Shown: positions 1-11,925 of the stretch, piece after piece
Layout: each line of letters opens with the position of its first letter
Position numbering within the stretch: position 1 is the first letter of the stretch
From: Callorhinchus milii
Lineage: Eukaryota
DNA: 64,000 nt
NCBI RefSeq assembly: GCF_018977255.1
Contig: NW_024704743.1
Location: 29,886,001 to 29,950,000, forward strand
Direction of reading: 5' to 3'
Notes under the pieces: model-generated
Seen by the model: the letters and a program-made list of their open reading frames with translations, nothing else
Told to the model about the DNA's origin: nothing
Databases searched by the model: none
Position numbers and translations under genes: made by a program

Positions 1-1576
1 ACTGCAAACTCTCAATGTGGGATCTGCTGGAGAAGAACTTGTATTGTACAAGCCATTGGCACAGCAGATTGCTCCAGTGTACCCAACTACTTTGCCACCT
101 TCAGAATGTAGATTTCTTAATGACGTACCGTAGGTAAGAGATGGTGCTGACTTTATCTGAATTTTAACTAAAATAGCTGTGCCACCGGCCTTTTCTTGTA
201 TGTTATTCATTACATTGAAGTTTAATTGCAGACTGGTTAAAACAGTGTTTAATTAGATTTGACACAACTGCACCTCTCCAAGAACATCATCAGAAGTGTT
301 AGTGCTGTAGGCCTGGTGAGCTCCTCAGTGTTATTTTTAATTGAAATGCAAATTGCATTATTTAATTCAAGTTTGACACAAAGGTTGTTTTTTGATGAAC
401 AGTGAACATTCTGTCATTTAATAATAATAATCCTTGCATTTGATATAGAGCCTTATTACATCTTCGAGACATGTCAAAGCGCTTCACAGAATATACTGTA
501 AAGTGAATTGACTGTATATTTTGAGGGAAAAACTTGCCCAACATTTGATCAACTGCATCTTTATGCCTTTATGCCAACTTAGTGCACAAGGCAGTATGGA
601 TGCTAAACATGAACCATTAGGATTCAGAGCCTTTATACTGGAATTATAATTTCTACTCATAGAATAAAATATTGAATGACGCAATGTTAGACTTGCATAT
701 CAGACATTTAAAACAGAGACCCAAGTTTTAGTTGCAATCACAGTTGAAATTAAAAGTAGTTCGTTGGTTGCAACCAGGAGCCGAGGAAAAGGGATGTGAA
801 AACCTTTCTTTGTAATCCACTTGTCAATTGGTTCAGTTATCATGTCATTGGGTGTATTTTGGAGATCAAATTTACAACTCACTGTGAAACTATAGGTCAG
901 CATGTACAAGCGTACCAGCGTGTACAAGAGTACAAGAGTACAAGAGCTGGTGGAGTTATGGACTTCCTCGAGGGTAGTTCATGAGCTTCTGCATTCAGAG
1001 GAGTATTGTGAAGAGCTTTCTCCTAAGTGAAGTGGCATTTGTAATACACCATTACTGTAATACTATTCTTGTTCAGTGTGTTAAATGTTTAATTAGTTTT
1101 GAATGTTGATTGCAGTAAGGACTATTAGTGAATGATTCCCTGCAGTAAGCTACTATCTTTAATTTGACTGCAGGGACTGACCAGAAATTGACAATTGCAC
1201 TCACCATCTGCTTGCTCTGTGGATGACTAGCTCAGTTCCACAACACAAACAAAAGTTATTTCACACACCTTACCATAAGAAATTATTTACTTTTTTTTGT
1301 GTTTGCCTTTGTCATCCTGTCATACCTTCTACTAAATAGTTAATCAGGAAGGTTATTACATCGGGACTTGAACTCACATAGTCTAAGTTGACCATCTGAT
1401 GTAGTGCTGGGGGGCTGTTGATTTGTCGGAGGTGCTATCTTTTGGATGCAACATTAAACTGAGGTCCTTCAGCCTGTTGAAATTGTTATTAAAGATTCCA
1501 TGGCACTATTCTCAATGAGAGAGGAGTTTCTCCTATTGTCGTGAGTTTTTCTTTACGCTAATCCAGTGTAATATTA

Positions 1577-1911
1577 ATAATAATAATCCTTGCATTTAAT
1601 ATAGTGCCTTATCACGCTGTTGAGACATGTCAAAGAGCTTCACAGGATAGACTGTAAGTGAATTGATTGTATATATACAGTGAGTGAGCAAATTAGTAAT
1701 ATTATGAATTTTTCCAAGGAATTATTACCCGTAGTTAGCGGTCTGCCAATCGACTAACTAACAGCCGATTAGCAGATCCGACCTACGGCTAGGTAAACAG
1801 AGGCGTGTGGAATAAGGAGTATTGCCTAAGGTTTCACCCTGCCTGGAAATCGAACCCAGGTTCTCTTGCTTGTGAGGCGAGTGCTCTAACCACTGAGCTA
1901 CAGGACTCCAC
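1577..1911 (-). mobile_element. Young tRNA-derived SINE (long form)
   Basis: Head gtggagtcctgtagctcagtggttagagcactcgc...ggttcgatttcc (A and B boxes); L2-like tail ending (tta)n. Confidence 0.88.
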
Positions 1912-3514
1912 TGAGGTAGCGTTTCATTGTTGGAGTGCTCTTCTTACAATAAGATTCTATCTCAAGGCTCAAATGGATTGTAAAGATCCCATTGCACTAT
2001 TTTGAAGAAATTTTCCCAATATTCTGGTCAGTATTTCTCCCTTGTGCAAATTCACACAAACTGATTCAACTGGGTCGGGCTTATCATTACTATTTGAGGG
2101 ATGTTTATTGATCAGATAAGCTGCTGCATAACAACTGCAACTCATTGTGACTCAAATGTTAACTTGGCTATGCAGGCTCTGTGGTTGAGCTCTAAATCAG
2201 GACTTTAAGTTTAAAGACATGTCGACACTCCAACTCAGTGCTAGTTGGATATTAACAATCTCATGATCCCAATCTATTGCAACAGAGAAAGGATGTGTTT
2301 CCTGGGCAACAATCCTCCAGAAAAATCATCATTCTGATGAGTGACCATACTGTTTGTGGAACATTTCTGTGTGGAAATTGGCTGCTGTGCTTGCCTACAA
2401 ACACACAGTCACTTTACAGAAAACTCTGTGGAGCTGCTTTCATAATGCTTTATCAAAAGTCTTATTGTGTTTGTAGCTTTGTTATATTTTAATATGATAA
2501 GGCACTATATCAAATACAAGTACCATGTCAGAATGTTTTATAACACCTTTCCAACAGGATAAATGGATGTATTTTGGGGATCTGGGAATTGGTTTCTGTG
2601 AAATATTACCAGGCATTTCCCATTATCTGTTGATGCAAGATTCCAGCAGCAAAAATACCAATTACCATTCAAAGAAATTTTGAGCATGGCTTGCTGACCT
2701 TTCTAATTTTGTTGGAATTGATGTTCAGTCCTGTGAATTATGTGTTGATGGCATGCCTGCGTCTATTCTATGACGGGATGTCTTTCAAACTTTCAAACGG
2801 CATCAGAACCTACTCACTTTGCAAATCTGCATCATATTTATTCATTACTTTGACCTCCACAATGACTGGAGTTATCCATCTGTGGAGGGCAACCTGTCAC
2901 ATGCAACACTGGGTCAATCTAGTGCTTCCTTAGTATTGCCCTTGGCAAGGTTGCCTGTCAATGCATTTTGCTTGCCTCAGTTGAGGAGCTGAAGTCTTGT
3001 CCTTGCTTTGAATGTGGACAATATGCTGCGCAAGTTACGTTAGAATCGATTTTCAGGGTGGAAATGTAAAAATGTGGGACAATATCCCTTTTCTGGTAGG
3101 ATGATTTCCCCTCCCCTCCTTTCTCCCCCCTGACCCCAGCTCGGGTCTGAAATGCTGTACACTGTCCAGCGCCTTGGGACGTCCTCCCGATGTGAAAGGC
3201 GTTTTACAAATGTAATCTTGTTGTTGTTGTTGATGATCATTGAAATGGTTCACAAAAATGAGCACAATGAGAAATAAAATAAATGTTATGTCGTCAAATG
3301 CAGCAACTAATTTGATCAATAATATCCTACAAACAATATTGAGGTGAAAAGAAAATGTAATTGATTTTTTGGGGAGAATTTGAATGTGGAAGGAATATTA
3401 GTTACAACAACTGGAGTAATATTTCTATGAGTTGGCAATTGGATTGTTAGCTCAGTTTGTCTTGTGTACCTAGTGTATCAGTAACAACAACTTTCCTTTG
3501 AAATTAACCTACCA

Positions 3515-3994
3515 ATCTGTCCGCTCCCTCTGCTCAGTGGGCTTCAGTCTGCTTCACCCCCACCATCGCCCGGCTCCACTGGCTTCCCATACCTCAGAAG
3601 ATACAGTTCAAGATCCTGGTCCTCCCTACCTCTGTGACCTCCTAATCCCCTACCATCCTGCCCGGTCCCTCTACTCAGTGGGCTCCGGCCTGCTTCATGT
3701 CCCCCACCTTGCCTGCCTCACCATTGGCAGGCGGGCCATCAGCCTCTCTGCCCCCACCCTCTGGAACTCCATCCCACAATCCCTCAACCTTGTCCCATTG
3801 CTTTGTGTCCTTCAAAACCTGTCTCAAGACCCTCCTCTTTGCCTATGCCTTTGGTCACCCTCCTACCCTACTTTCCCCACCCTCCACCCCTCCTGATCTC
3901 AACCATCAGCTCGGGTTTGGTTCCCTGACTGTCCAGCGCCTTGGGACATCCTCCTGATGTGAAATGCGCTAGACAAATGTAATTTGTTGTTGTT
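3515..3994 (+). mobile_element. L2 3' fragment
   Basis: RAISLSAPTLWNSIP...KTLLF, then ctgtccagcgccttgggacatcctcctgatgtgaaa and a (ttg)n tail. Confidence 0.85.
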
Positions 3995-4796
3995 AAATGA
4001 GGAATATTGATCTGGATGATAGTAGTAACATTCTCATGATAGTATAATAGCATTTGTAATATTAAATAATAATACAGTGGAATCTAGGTGTAAGGTGATT
4101 CCTTATAACTTTAAGGTGGGTTTGCTTTTAAATGGATTTGTGGATAGTTTGGCGTGCTTTGGAATGGTCTTTTCAGGCAGCTTTCAGTATGCTAAAAAAT
4201 AGCCAACGTTCAGATTGTCAGGTCTCTTTGTCCCATTTTGCCCCAAATACTGGAATTCTCTCCAATAATTATTGTCCATTCATGATATTTCCAGGAAGAG
4301 TTGTGTATAGAGAGCACGCTTAGTACGCAGGAACAATAAAAGTCCATCCAGGCCACGGCACTTTTTTAAAAAAGCATTACAAATTTGGTCACTCTCAAAC
4401 CACGACTGTTTGTGGGACACTGCTGTGCGCAGTTAGCTGGCATGTTTTGCCCACAAAGTAGGCTCAATTCACTTTAGAGTATATTCTGTGAAGCACTTTG
4501 AGACATCTCAACAACATGATAAAGTGCTATATCATACGCAAGGATGATTATTATTATCACAAATTTGGCAAAAAAACTTAACAGAACCCAATATAAATCT
4601 GACACTGTTTGTACTTGGATATCTATTGGACCCTCTTGTGTGCTACGAAAATACTAAGTTACTGAAGAAGCTTGAAAAGTAATTTAAATGCTGAATTCCA
4701 TGTGTTCAACAAGAAGAAAGACACCTTGTGTGTGTATTGTTTTTCGTATAACAACGACAGAACTCAAAAGCAGCCTTTAGGTTGAGTGCCAAAGTA

Positions 4797-5104
4797 TAAT
4801 AATAATCCTTGCATTTGATATCGCGCTTTTCACGTCTTCTAGACGTCTCAAAGCGCTTCACAGAATATACTGTAAAGTGAATTGACTGTATATTTGTGGG
4901 TGAAATGCGGCAGCCAATTGCGCACAGCAGTGCCCCACAAACAGTCGTGGATCGAAGTGACCAATTTATTATTATTTTTCTTGAGGGTATATTATAAGGC
5001 GTGTGGAGTAGGGAAACTTGTCCAAGGGTTTGTCCTGCCGGGAATCAAACCCAGGTCTCTCGCTTGTGAGGCGAGTGCTCTAACCACTGAGCCTCAGGGC
5101 TCCA
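4797..5104 (-). mobile_element. Young tRNA-derived SINE (short form)
   Basis: Same head and tail; lacks the internal ctgtttacctagcagtaag... segment. Confidence 0.88.
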
Positions 5105-5683
5105 AAGTATCATTGAAAACTCCATTGTAGTGCAGTCTGGAGTCTACATTATTCACTAAAGAGCGATTCAACTTGCTGGGCAGAATGCCAAATTAAATTC
5201 CATTATGGTGGAGCATCGGTTTTGTTTCCTTTTGACTTCCAAATTGAATAGAATGGAATAGAAATGAAAGAACATAGCCCCAATGCAAAGGAGTAGTATT
5301 GGATGATTAAAGAATGAAAAACAATAAATTTTCATTCAGATTGCGTCTTTCACATCGGGGGGACGTTTCAAAACGCTTCACACAGAGCTGTGGGAGTGCA
5401 GAACTGCTTATGGTGTCTATGTGTGTGTGTGTGGGGTGTGGGGCGGGAAGTCTTGAAGGCAGGGATCAAACATCACTTTTCTCCTAAACACAAAACATTA
5501 CACATGATGGGCATTGATTATACATGATATACATTGTTCATTTTGCCCACAAATGTACAGTTAATTCACTTTACAGTATATTCTGTGAAGCACTTTGAGA
5601 CGTATAGAAGACGTGAAAAGCACTATATCAAATGCAAGGATTATTATTATACTTTAGGGTTCAACCTAAAGGTATAATGTTTT

Positions 5684-7508
5684 GTAAAATATTCTACAGA
5701 CATATAAATAACAAAAGAAAAATCAAAATAGGAATAGGGCCACTAAGGGATGGACAAGATAAGCTCACAGGCCGCGACAGCGAAATGGCAGAAATATTAA
5801 ATAATTACTTTGCCTCAGTATTCACCAGGGAGATGGATCAGGTGGACATGACAGTAGAAGAGATCGAAAATAATATAAATACATTTAAGATACAAAGGGG
5901 AGATATAATTGAAAAACTAACAAAACTCAGAGAGGATAAAACCCCTGGTCCAGATAGATTGCATCCGCGTATATTAAAAGAATCGAGGGAAGAGATAGCA
6001 GAGGCACCATTAAACATATATAATAATTCATTAGAAAAGGGAGTAGGGCCAGAGTACTGGAGGATAGCTAATGTTATGCATATATTTAAAAAGGGAGATA
6101 GAACAAGCCCAGGGAACTATAGATCTGTCAGTTTAACGTCGGTGGTAGGAAAGATAATGGAATCCTTACTGAAGGAGGTAATAGAAAAACATCTAGAAAC
6201 GGAAAACATAATAACGAATAGTCAGTACAGATTTCAAAAAGGAGAGTCATGCTTGACCAACCTCATTGAATTCTTTGAAGGGGTAACAGAAAGAGGAGAC
6301 AAGGATAATGCGGTAGATGTAATATATTTAGATTTCCAAAAGGCGTTCGATAAGGTACCACATTATAGATAAATGAATAAGGACAGAGCATGTGGAGTCA
6401 GCGAAAAAATAGCAGAATGGATAGCAAGCTGGCTACAAAACAGAGAACAGAGAGTAAGGGTAAAGGGTTGCTATTCAGACTGGTGGGCAGTGGTGTTCCA
6501 CAAGGATTGGTATTGGGACCACTGTTGTTCAAAATATACATGAATGATTTGGACTTGGGAATCAACAGTACAATTTAAAAATTTGCGGACGACACCAAAT
6601 TGGGGGGAGAAGTTAATACAGAGAAGGACTGCAACAAATTAGAGCAAGACATTAATAAACTTTCTGAATGGGCATTTAAATGGCAAATGCATTTCAATGT
6701 AGAAAAGTGTGAGGTGGTACATTTTGGTAGAAAGGAAGTCATATACATCCTGGAAAATAAAAACCTAAATGGGGTAGAGGAACAAAGGGATCTAGGGGTA
6801 CACATACACAATTCACTAAAAGTAGCAACGCAGTTAATAATGCCATAAAAAAAAGCAAACCAGGCGTTGGGGTTCATTTCTAGAGGGATAGAAATGAAAA
6901 GCAGGGAAGTTACAGTAAACTTCTATAGCACTTAGGTTAGACCACACTTAGAATACTGTGTGCAGTTCTGGTCCCCACATTATAGAAGGGATGTAGAGGC
7001 ACAGGAGAGGGTGCAAAGGAGATTCACAAGGATGATCCCAGAACTGAGAGGTTATACCTATCAGGAAAGGCTGAACATACTTGGGCTCTTTTCTCTTGAA
7101 AAGAGGAGGTTAGGGGGTGACTTGATAGAGGTCTTTAAAATGATGAAAGGATTTGATAGGGTAGACATAGGGAAGATGTTTCCACTTGTGGGGAAGACCA
7201 AAACCAGGGGCCATCAATATAAAATAGTCACAAATAGATCAAATAGGGAAGTTAGAAGAAATTTCTTCACACAGCAAGTAGTGGGAATGTGGAACATGCT
7301 ACCACAAGGAGTTGTTGAGGCAAAGAGCAGAGATGTATTTAAGGGGAAGCTAGATAGGTACATGAGGGAGAAAGGAATAGAAGTTTATGCTTGAAGGCTT
7401 AGTTGAGGAAGGGCAGGAGGAGGCTCATGTGGAATATAAACACCGCTATAGACCAGTTGGGCCAAATGGCCTGTTTCTGTGCTGTATATTCCAATGTATT
7501 CTAATGTA
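5684..7508 (+). mobile_element. CR1-clade LINE, 5'-truncated, degenerate RT
   Basis: ORFs 5632-6372, 6600-6848 and 6960-7394 give KTPGPDRLHPRILKE, YLDFQKAFDKVPH, GVPQGLVLGP, KFADDTK and QFWSPHY; stops and frameshifts present; 3' end is an aatgtatt-type short repeat. Confidence 0.93.
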
Positions 7509-9190
7509 TAAAGTTTGATGTGCATTCCCATTTTGTCCCAAATACTGGAATTCTCTGCAATAATTGTACACTCCTGAGGAAATCCACCCTAATGCCTTCA
7601 AACATAGATTAATCGTGCACTAACAACAACCTGAATTGAATTTGCTTTGGAGAAAAAAGGCTCAAATCCAGATACATTTGATCTGGATTTCTCCATTTTC
7701 CTCCTTTTCTCCCCATGCTTATCTCTTGCACTCAGATGGGTGACTACCAACACCTCTCAGCTATATGTCTGAATGCAACGATTGATCACAGACACACAAA
7801 AGGTGACTCTAGCTGGACTCTCCTTGCTACCTTACAGCTCTCAGTGGTAGATTTTGAAGCAATGCTGGCAAACTGTCAAAATAGCTCAAAGGTTCTCTTT
7901 CCGCTTATAGCTGGAAGGGTTGTGAAGTTGATGAATCATATTGTTGGAGGGAAAGTGAAAGGTTCTGTAGTCCATTTGGATACCACAGAGGGTCTTAGGA
8001 ATACAACCTAAAGAGAAGGAATGTTTTATTGTGTGAATCATAATGATTGTGGTGGGGACCAGGGGAAAAGGTCCAACCACCTGCAACAGTGTTTGAAGTA
8101 GGGAAGTGGATGGGTTGCTATCTTGGTCTTGGCTAAGGCTAGGGATCCAAAGAGGTAGCTTGTTTGATCACAATTACAGTAAGGGGTATCAACAGCAACA
8201 TTAACATTGCATTTATATAGCACCTTTCACATCAGGAGGATGTCCCAAGGTGCTGAACAGTGAAGGGCTTGCACCCGAGCTGGGGATTGAGTCAAGAGGG
8301 ACCATGGAGGGCAAACCAGGTGGGAAGATGACCGAGGAACGAGGAATTTAATGCTTGAGGCAATTTGATTCTGAGGCTGATACGAGCTCTGCCAGGAGAG
8401 ACCAGGAAAGGAGTAATCTGTTAGTGGAGTCGAGAGTTATGAGACCAAACTGAAGCTTAGCTGACTGTGGATAACGCAACATAACTCTCCTTTTGAAATC
8501 AATAGGAGACAGACTGCACACCCGGGAGAGGTTTAATGCCTGCAGAAGGACAAAAATGTCTGTCCTCAGTAATTGTCCTATTGATTTCAATAAAGTAAAT
8601 TTTGTTTGTCTGACCATAATAGGCTGTGAATTTTAATGTGTTTTTTTTTATTCTCAGTGATCGCTATCAAGGTTGCTAAATTAACCTCCCAAGTTAACCT
8701 CATGACACAACTGTGCAGCGCCTTGGGACGTCCTCCTGACGTGAAAGGCGCTTTATAAATGGAATCTTGTTGTTGTTGTTGTTGTTGTTGCCAAGTTGTT
8801 GTTGTTACCAGTAGAATCGCAACTCAAAAAGTCTTTCAACCACAGGATTAGCCTTAGACCTGCCGTAGTGGAATATTATAACTACTGCACGGCAAAGGAT
8901 GTTTAAGAGTCATTTTAATTTCACTTTTGAAGAGTAAATGACTTTGGACACACCAGTAATTTTGGGAGTGGCCATTAAGGACTGGAATAGGTTGCCAGGA
9001 AGTGTGATTGAGGCCAGGATACTGGATTCGGGTGAAAAACAGCTTGATGCTGTGATGGGACAATCTGGAAGGATGAGATCAGATGGCCTTCAGGCCTTCT
9101 TCAGCTGAACTGATCGTGTGATCTTGTGATTGTTCCAGTAACAGTGCCTATGGCTGTGGATTAGTTGGACTGTTGGCTGCAAGCAAGATG

Positions 9191-9573
9191 GTGGAGTCCT
9201 GTAGCCTAGTGGTTAGAGCACTCGCTTCGCAAGCCCGAGGACCTGGGTTCGATTCCCGGCAGGGCAAAACATTTGGCAAGTTTACTTACTCCACACACCA
9301 CTGTTTACTTAGCAGTAAGCAGGAACCCGGTTGTTAGTTGATTGGTTGATCGCTTCTCTGGGGGTAATAATCCTTTTTTAAAAAAATGTTGTCACTCAAT
9401 CCACCACTGTTTGTGGGGCACTGCTGTGTGCAATTGGATGCCGCAATTCGTCCACCAAATATACAGTTAAAGTCAATTCACTTTACAGTGTTTTCTGTGA
9501 AGCGCTTTGAGACGTCTTGAAGACATGATAAAGTGCTATATCAAATGCAAGGATTATTATTATTATTATTATT
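9191..9573 (+). mobile_element. Young tRNA-derived SINE (long form, full length)
   Basis: A box tagcctagtgg, B box ggttcgattcc, internal segment, tail gtgaagcgctttgagacgtc...atcaaatgcaagga(tta)n. Confidence 0.92.
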
Positions 9574-11584
9574 GGCTGTTTGTGTTTGACTGAGTTAACT
9601 CATTCAACAATCACTGTGTTATTTTATGCAATTCCCTAAAAAAGTGGCTACTCACCCCAGTGCTTGTTCCAGTTCAGCTCATCAGTGGGGTCCGACTGGT
9701 AAACAAAATAATTTATTGACTGCTTTGACAATGCTGCTACTCTTAACAGAAATGCTATCAGGGCAAAAGTGGTTCCTGACAATGGACAGCAGCAATAATA
9801 GAGAGCAGATAGCAATGGGAATTCGTTCATTTTATAACAGAGAAAACAAAATAGCGGGAAATTATTATGAGGCAAAGCTGAAGAATGGGGACAGTATCAG
9901 GTATATTTTAAAAAAAATAATGAATGTTTTATTTAAAAGTACAATATTAAGGTGAGAGATAGCACTGAATCATTCATTTTTTAGTGAAGTGGTTGATCTT
10001 AAAAAAATAATAAGCATCACATTTGATATTGCGCTTTCTCATGTTGGGAGGACGTCTCAGAACACTTGTCAGGCTTTATTGTGAAGTGGAGTGACTGTTT
10101 TTTTGTGGGCAAACATCATATGGCTGTCTGTCTGCTTTGCAAACAGTAGCATACAACAACTATATTGCTTTAATAAATTAACTGTGAAACCAAGTAGCAA
10201 AATGCTGCCAAGCTCCTTGAAGGTAGGAAGAGATTTTTGTTTCTATTCAGGTTGATTAACCAGTGGAGCTGCCACTTCTGCTTATCCAAGCTTATAAAAT
10301 CAGATGCTTAATTTCCGGCCATAATGTTGACTTTTGTGTCTCTCGAAATGTTGACTCTTCGGCACGGCACATAAAGGCCTCTTTATTGCAATAGAAACAC
10401 CATCACAGAGTTAGGGTTGTTTGCTAAAGGGGAAATGTATGGCTCTCCTTTAAAGTTGCAGGTAACCGTGACAAACTGATTCACAAGTCACTTTTCTGTA
10501 ATAAAATAACTGCTGGAATACTATGGCTTTTGGAACTTGCATACAACAACAACAACACAATTACATTTATAAAGCGCCTTTCACGTCGGGAGAACGTCAC
10601 AAGATGCTGGACAGACAAAGTTTCGGACCCGAGCTGAGGGTTGGGTAGGGGAGGGCAGGGGAGGAAGCAGGGAGATCGAAAGCACGGTTGAAGAGGAGGG
10701 TCTTGAACTGTATCTGTATCCTCTGTGTGATGGGAAGCCAGTTGAGTTGGGCAAGAATGGGGGTGATAGGGTCACGGAGCTTAGTGCGGGAGAGGACACG
10801 GGCTGCAGAGTTCTGGATGATCTGCAGCCTGTGGAGGAAGGAGTTCAGCCTTCAGACAGAGAATGTTTCTTCTCTCTCCAATCTTGAAAATTTGGACGAT
10901 CAGGCAAAGTGCTTGGTCAGTGAAACCGTATGGAGGTCAGGTTACCCCGAGGGATTCTGTAAACTGAAGCACACGGACAATAAAATGTCACGGCAAAAGG
11001 AATTCTTTTTATAAATTCTCGATGATTCTGCTGCCAATCAAAAGGTCTCCTTTGCAGATTGTTATGTTAATAAGTATAACCAGTGAACTTAATTTAAGTT
11101 TCAAACCCAGCAGGGACCTTCCCTTCTCCCTCTCTCTCTCTCCACGAGATAACTTTGCATTACATTTTCTATAATGATTAAACATATCAGTCAGTAAATA
11201 GACCCCTTACACTCCTTTTTCCTCTGGCATTGAGTGCAGTACTGGAGGATCCCAAGCAGTGCTGCCAGGGCAATTCACTCATCGAATAGAATGAGCTTCA
11301 ATCTCTAGTTTAGAGTAACAGAGAAAGGAAGTAAGAAAGCAGATCTCTTTAGAACTGAGAACCCATGGATACTACAGTTCACTTGCCCTTGGTGTTAACT
11401 ATAGTTAGCACCACATCTTGTTACTCTGGGAAATTAAATTGACTTCACCTTCTAGCCATCGCTTTTGCCTGCTATTGCCCTGATAGATTCTTCCTTAGCT
11501 TTGCAAGCCTATTGGTTTTGAATTTTGTGTAATTTTTACGGCTTTAAATTACATGATCTTGTTTCTCAACCGAATGTATTGCAG

Positions 11585-11745
11585 GGAAATGGAATTATAC
11601 TTCTCCCTCCTTGGTTTAGCATGGCCTTATTGCATCACTGTGCTCCGTATCTGGCTTCTATCACTGACTAGCTGGCTTTCCCTTTAATATTTTCCTTTTA
11701 TTACTCTGTTGCCTCCATGCCATGCTAAGTTAGATACAGGGCAGG
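11585..11745 (+). other. KIAA0319: Candidate first coding (signal-peptide) exon of KIAA0319, with in-frame TAA at 11685-11687
   Basis: Acceptor tattgcag| at 11584; ATG at 11589 in strong Kozak context (gaaATGG); donor G|gtaagg at 11745 in phase 1, matching the phase-1 start of the 14265 exon. Translation MELYFSLLGLAWPYCITVLRIWLLSLTSWLSL*YFPFITLLPPCHAKLDTGQG is hydrophobic but interrupted. Confidence 0.45.
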
Positions 11746-11762
11746 GTAAGGTAGCTCATAGC

Positions 11763-11925
11763 TAATAATAATCGTTGCATTTGATATAGCGTCTTATCAC
11801 TTCCTTGAGACATCTCAAAGCGCTTCACAGATTATAGCGTAAAGTGCATTGATCGTATATTTTGTGGGCGAAATGAGGCAGCCAATTCCGCACAGCAGTG
11901 TCCCACAAAGAGTCGTGGATTGATG
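11763..11925 (-). mobile_element. Young SINE, 3' half
   Basis: taataataatcgttgcatttgatatagcg...cacagcagtgtcccacaaa. Confidence 0.85.

Noticed and set aside
1..140. Possible exon end (cgtag|gtaaga at 133/134) or the 3' end of an upstream gene such as TDP2
   Set aside because: No frame resembles a protein I recognise. A lone donor motif is not enough, though it could be a non-coding KIAA0319 exon.
902..947. Short gtacaaga-type tandem repeat
   Set aside because: Ordinary slippage repeat with no supporting context.
2936..2948. RFX X-box-like palindrome ttgcccttggcaa (also gtaaccgtgacaa near 10462)
   Set aside because: Imperfect matches that are expected by chance in 64 kb; TSS unknown and no conservation data.
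9191..9265. tRNA gene (Ala-like cloverleaf with A and B boxes)
   Set aside because: It is the head of a multi-copy SINE, and the anticodon varies among copies.
9626..9955. 109-aa ORF with a hydrophobic stretch and a nearby donor, as an alternative first exon
   Set aside because: The donor at 9951 is in phase 2 for this frame, incompatible with the phase-1 MANSC exon; no recognisable homology.
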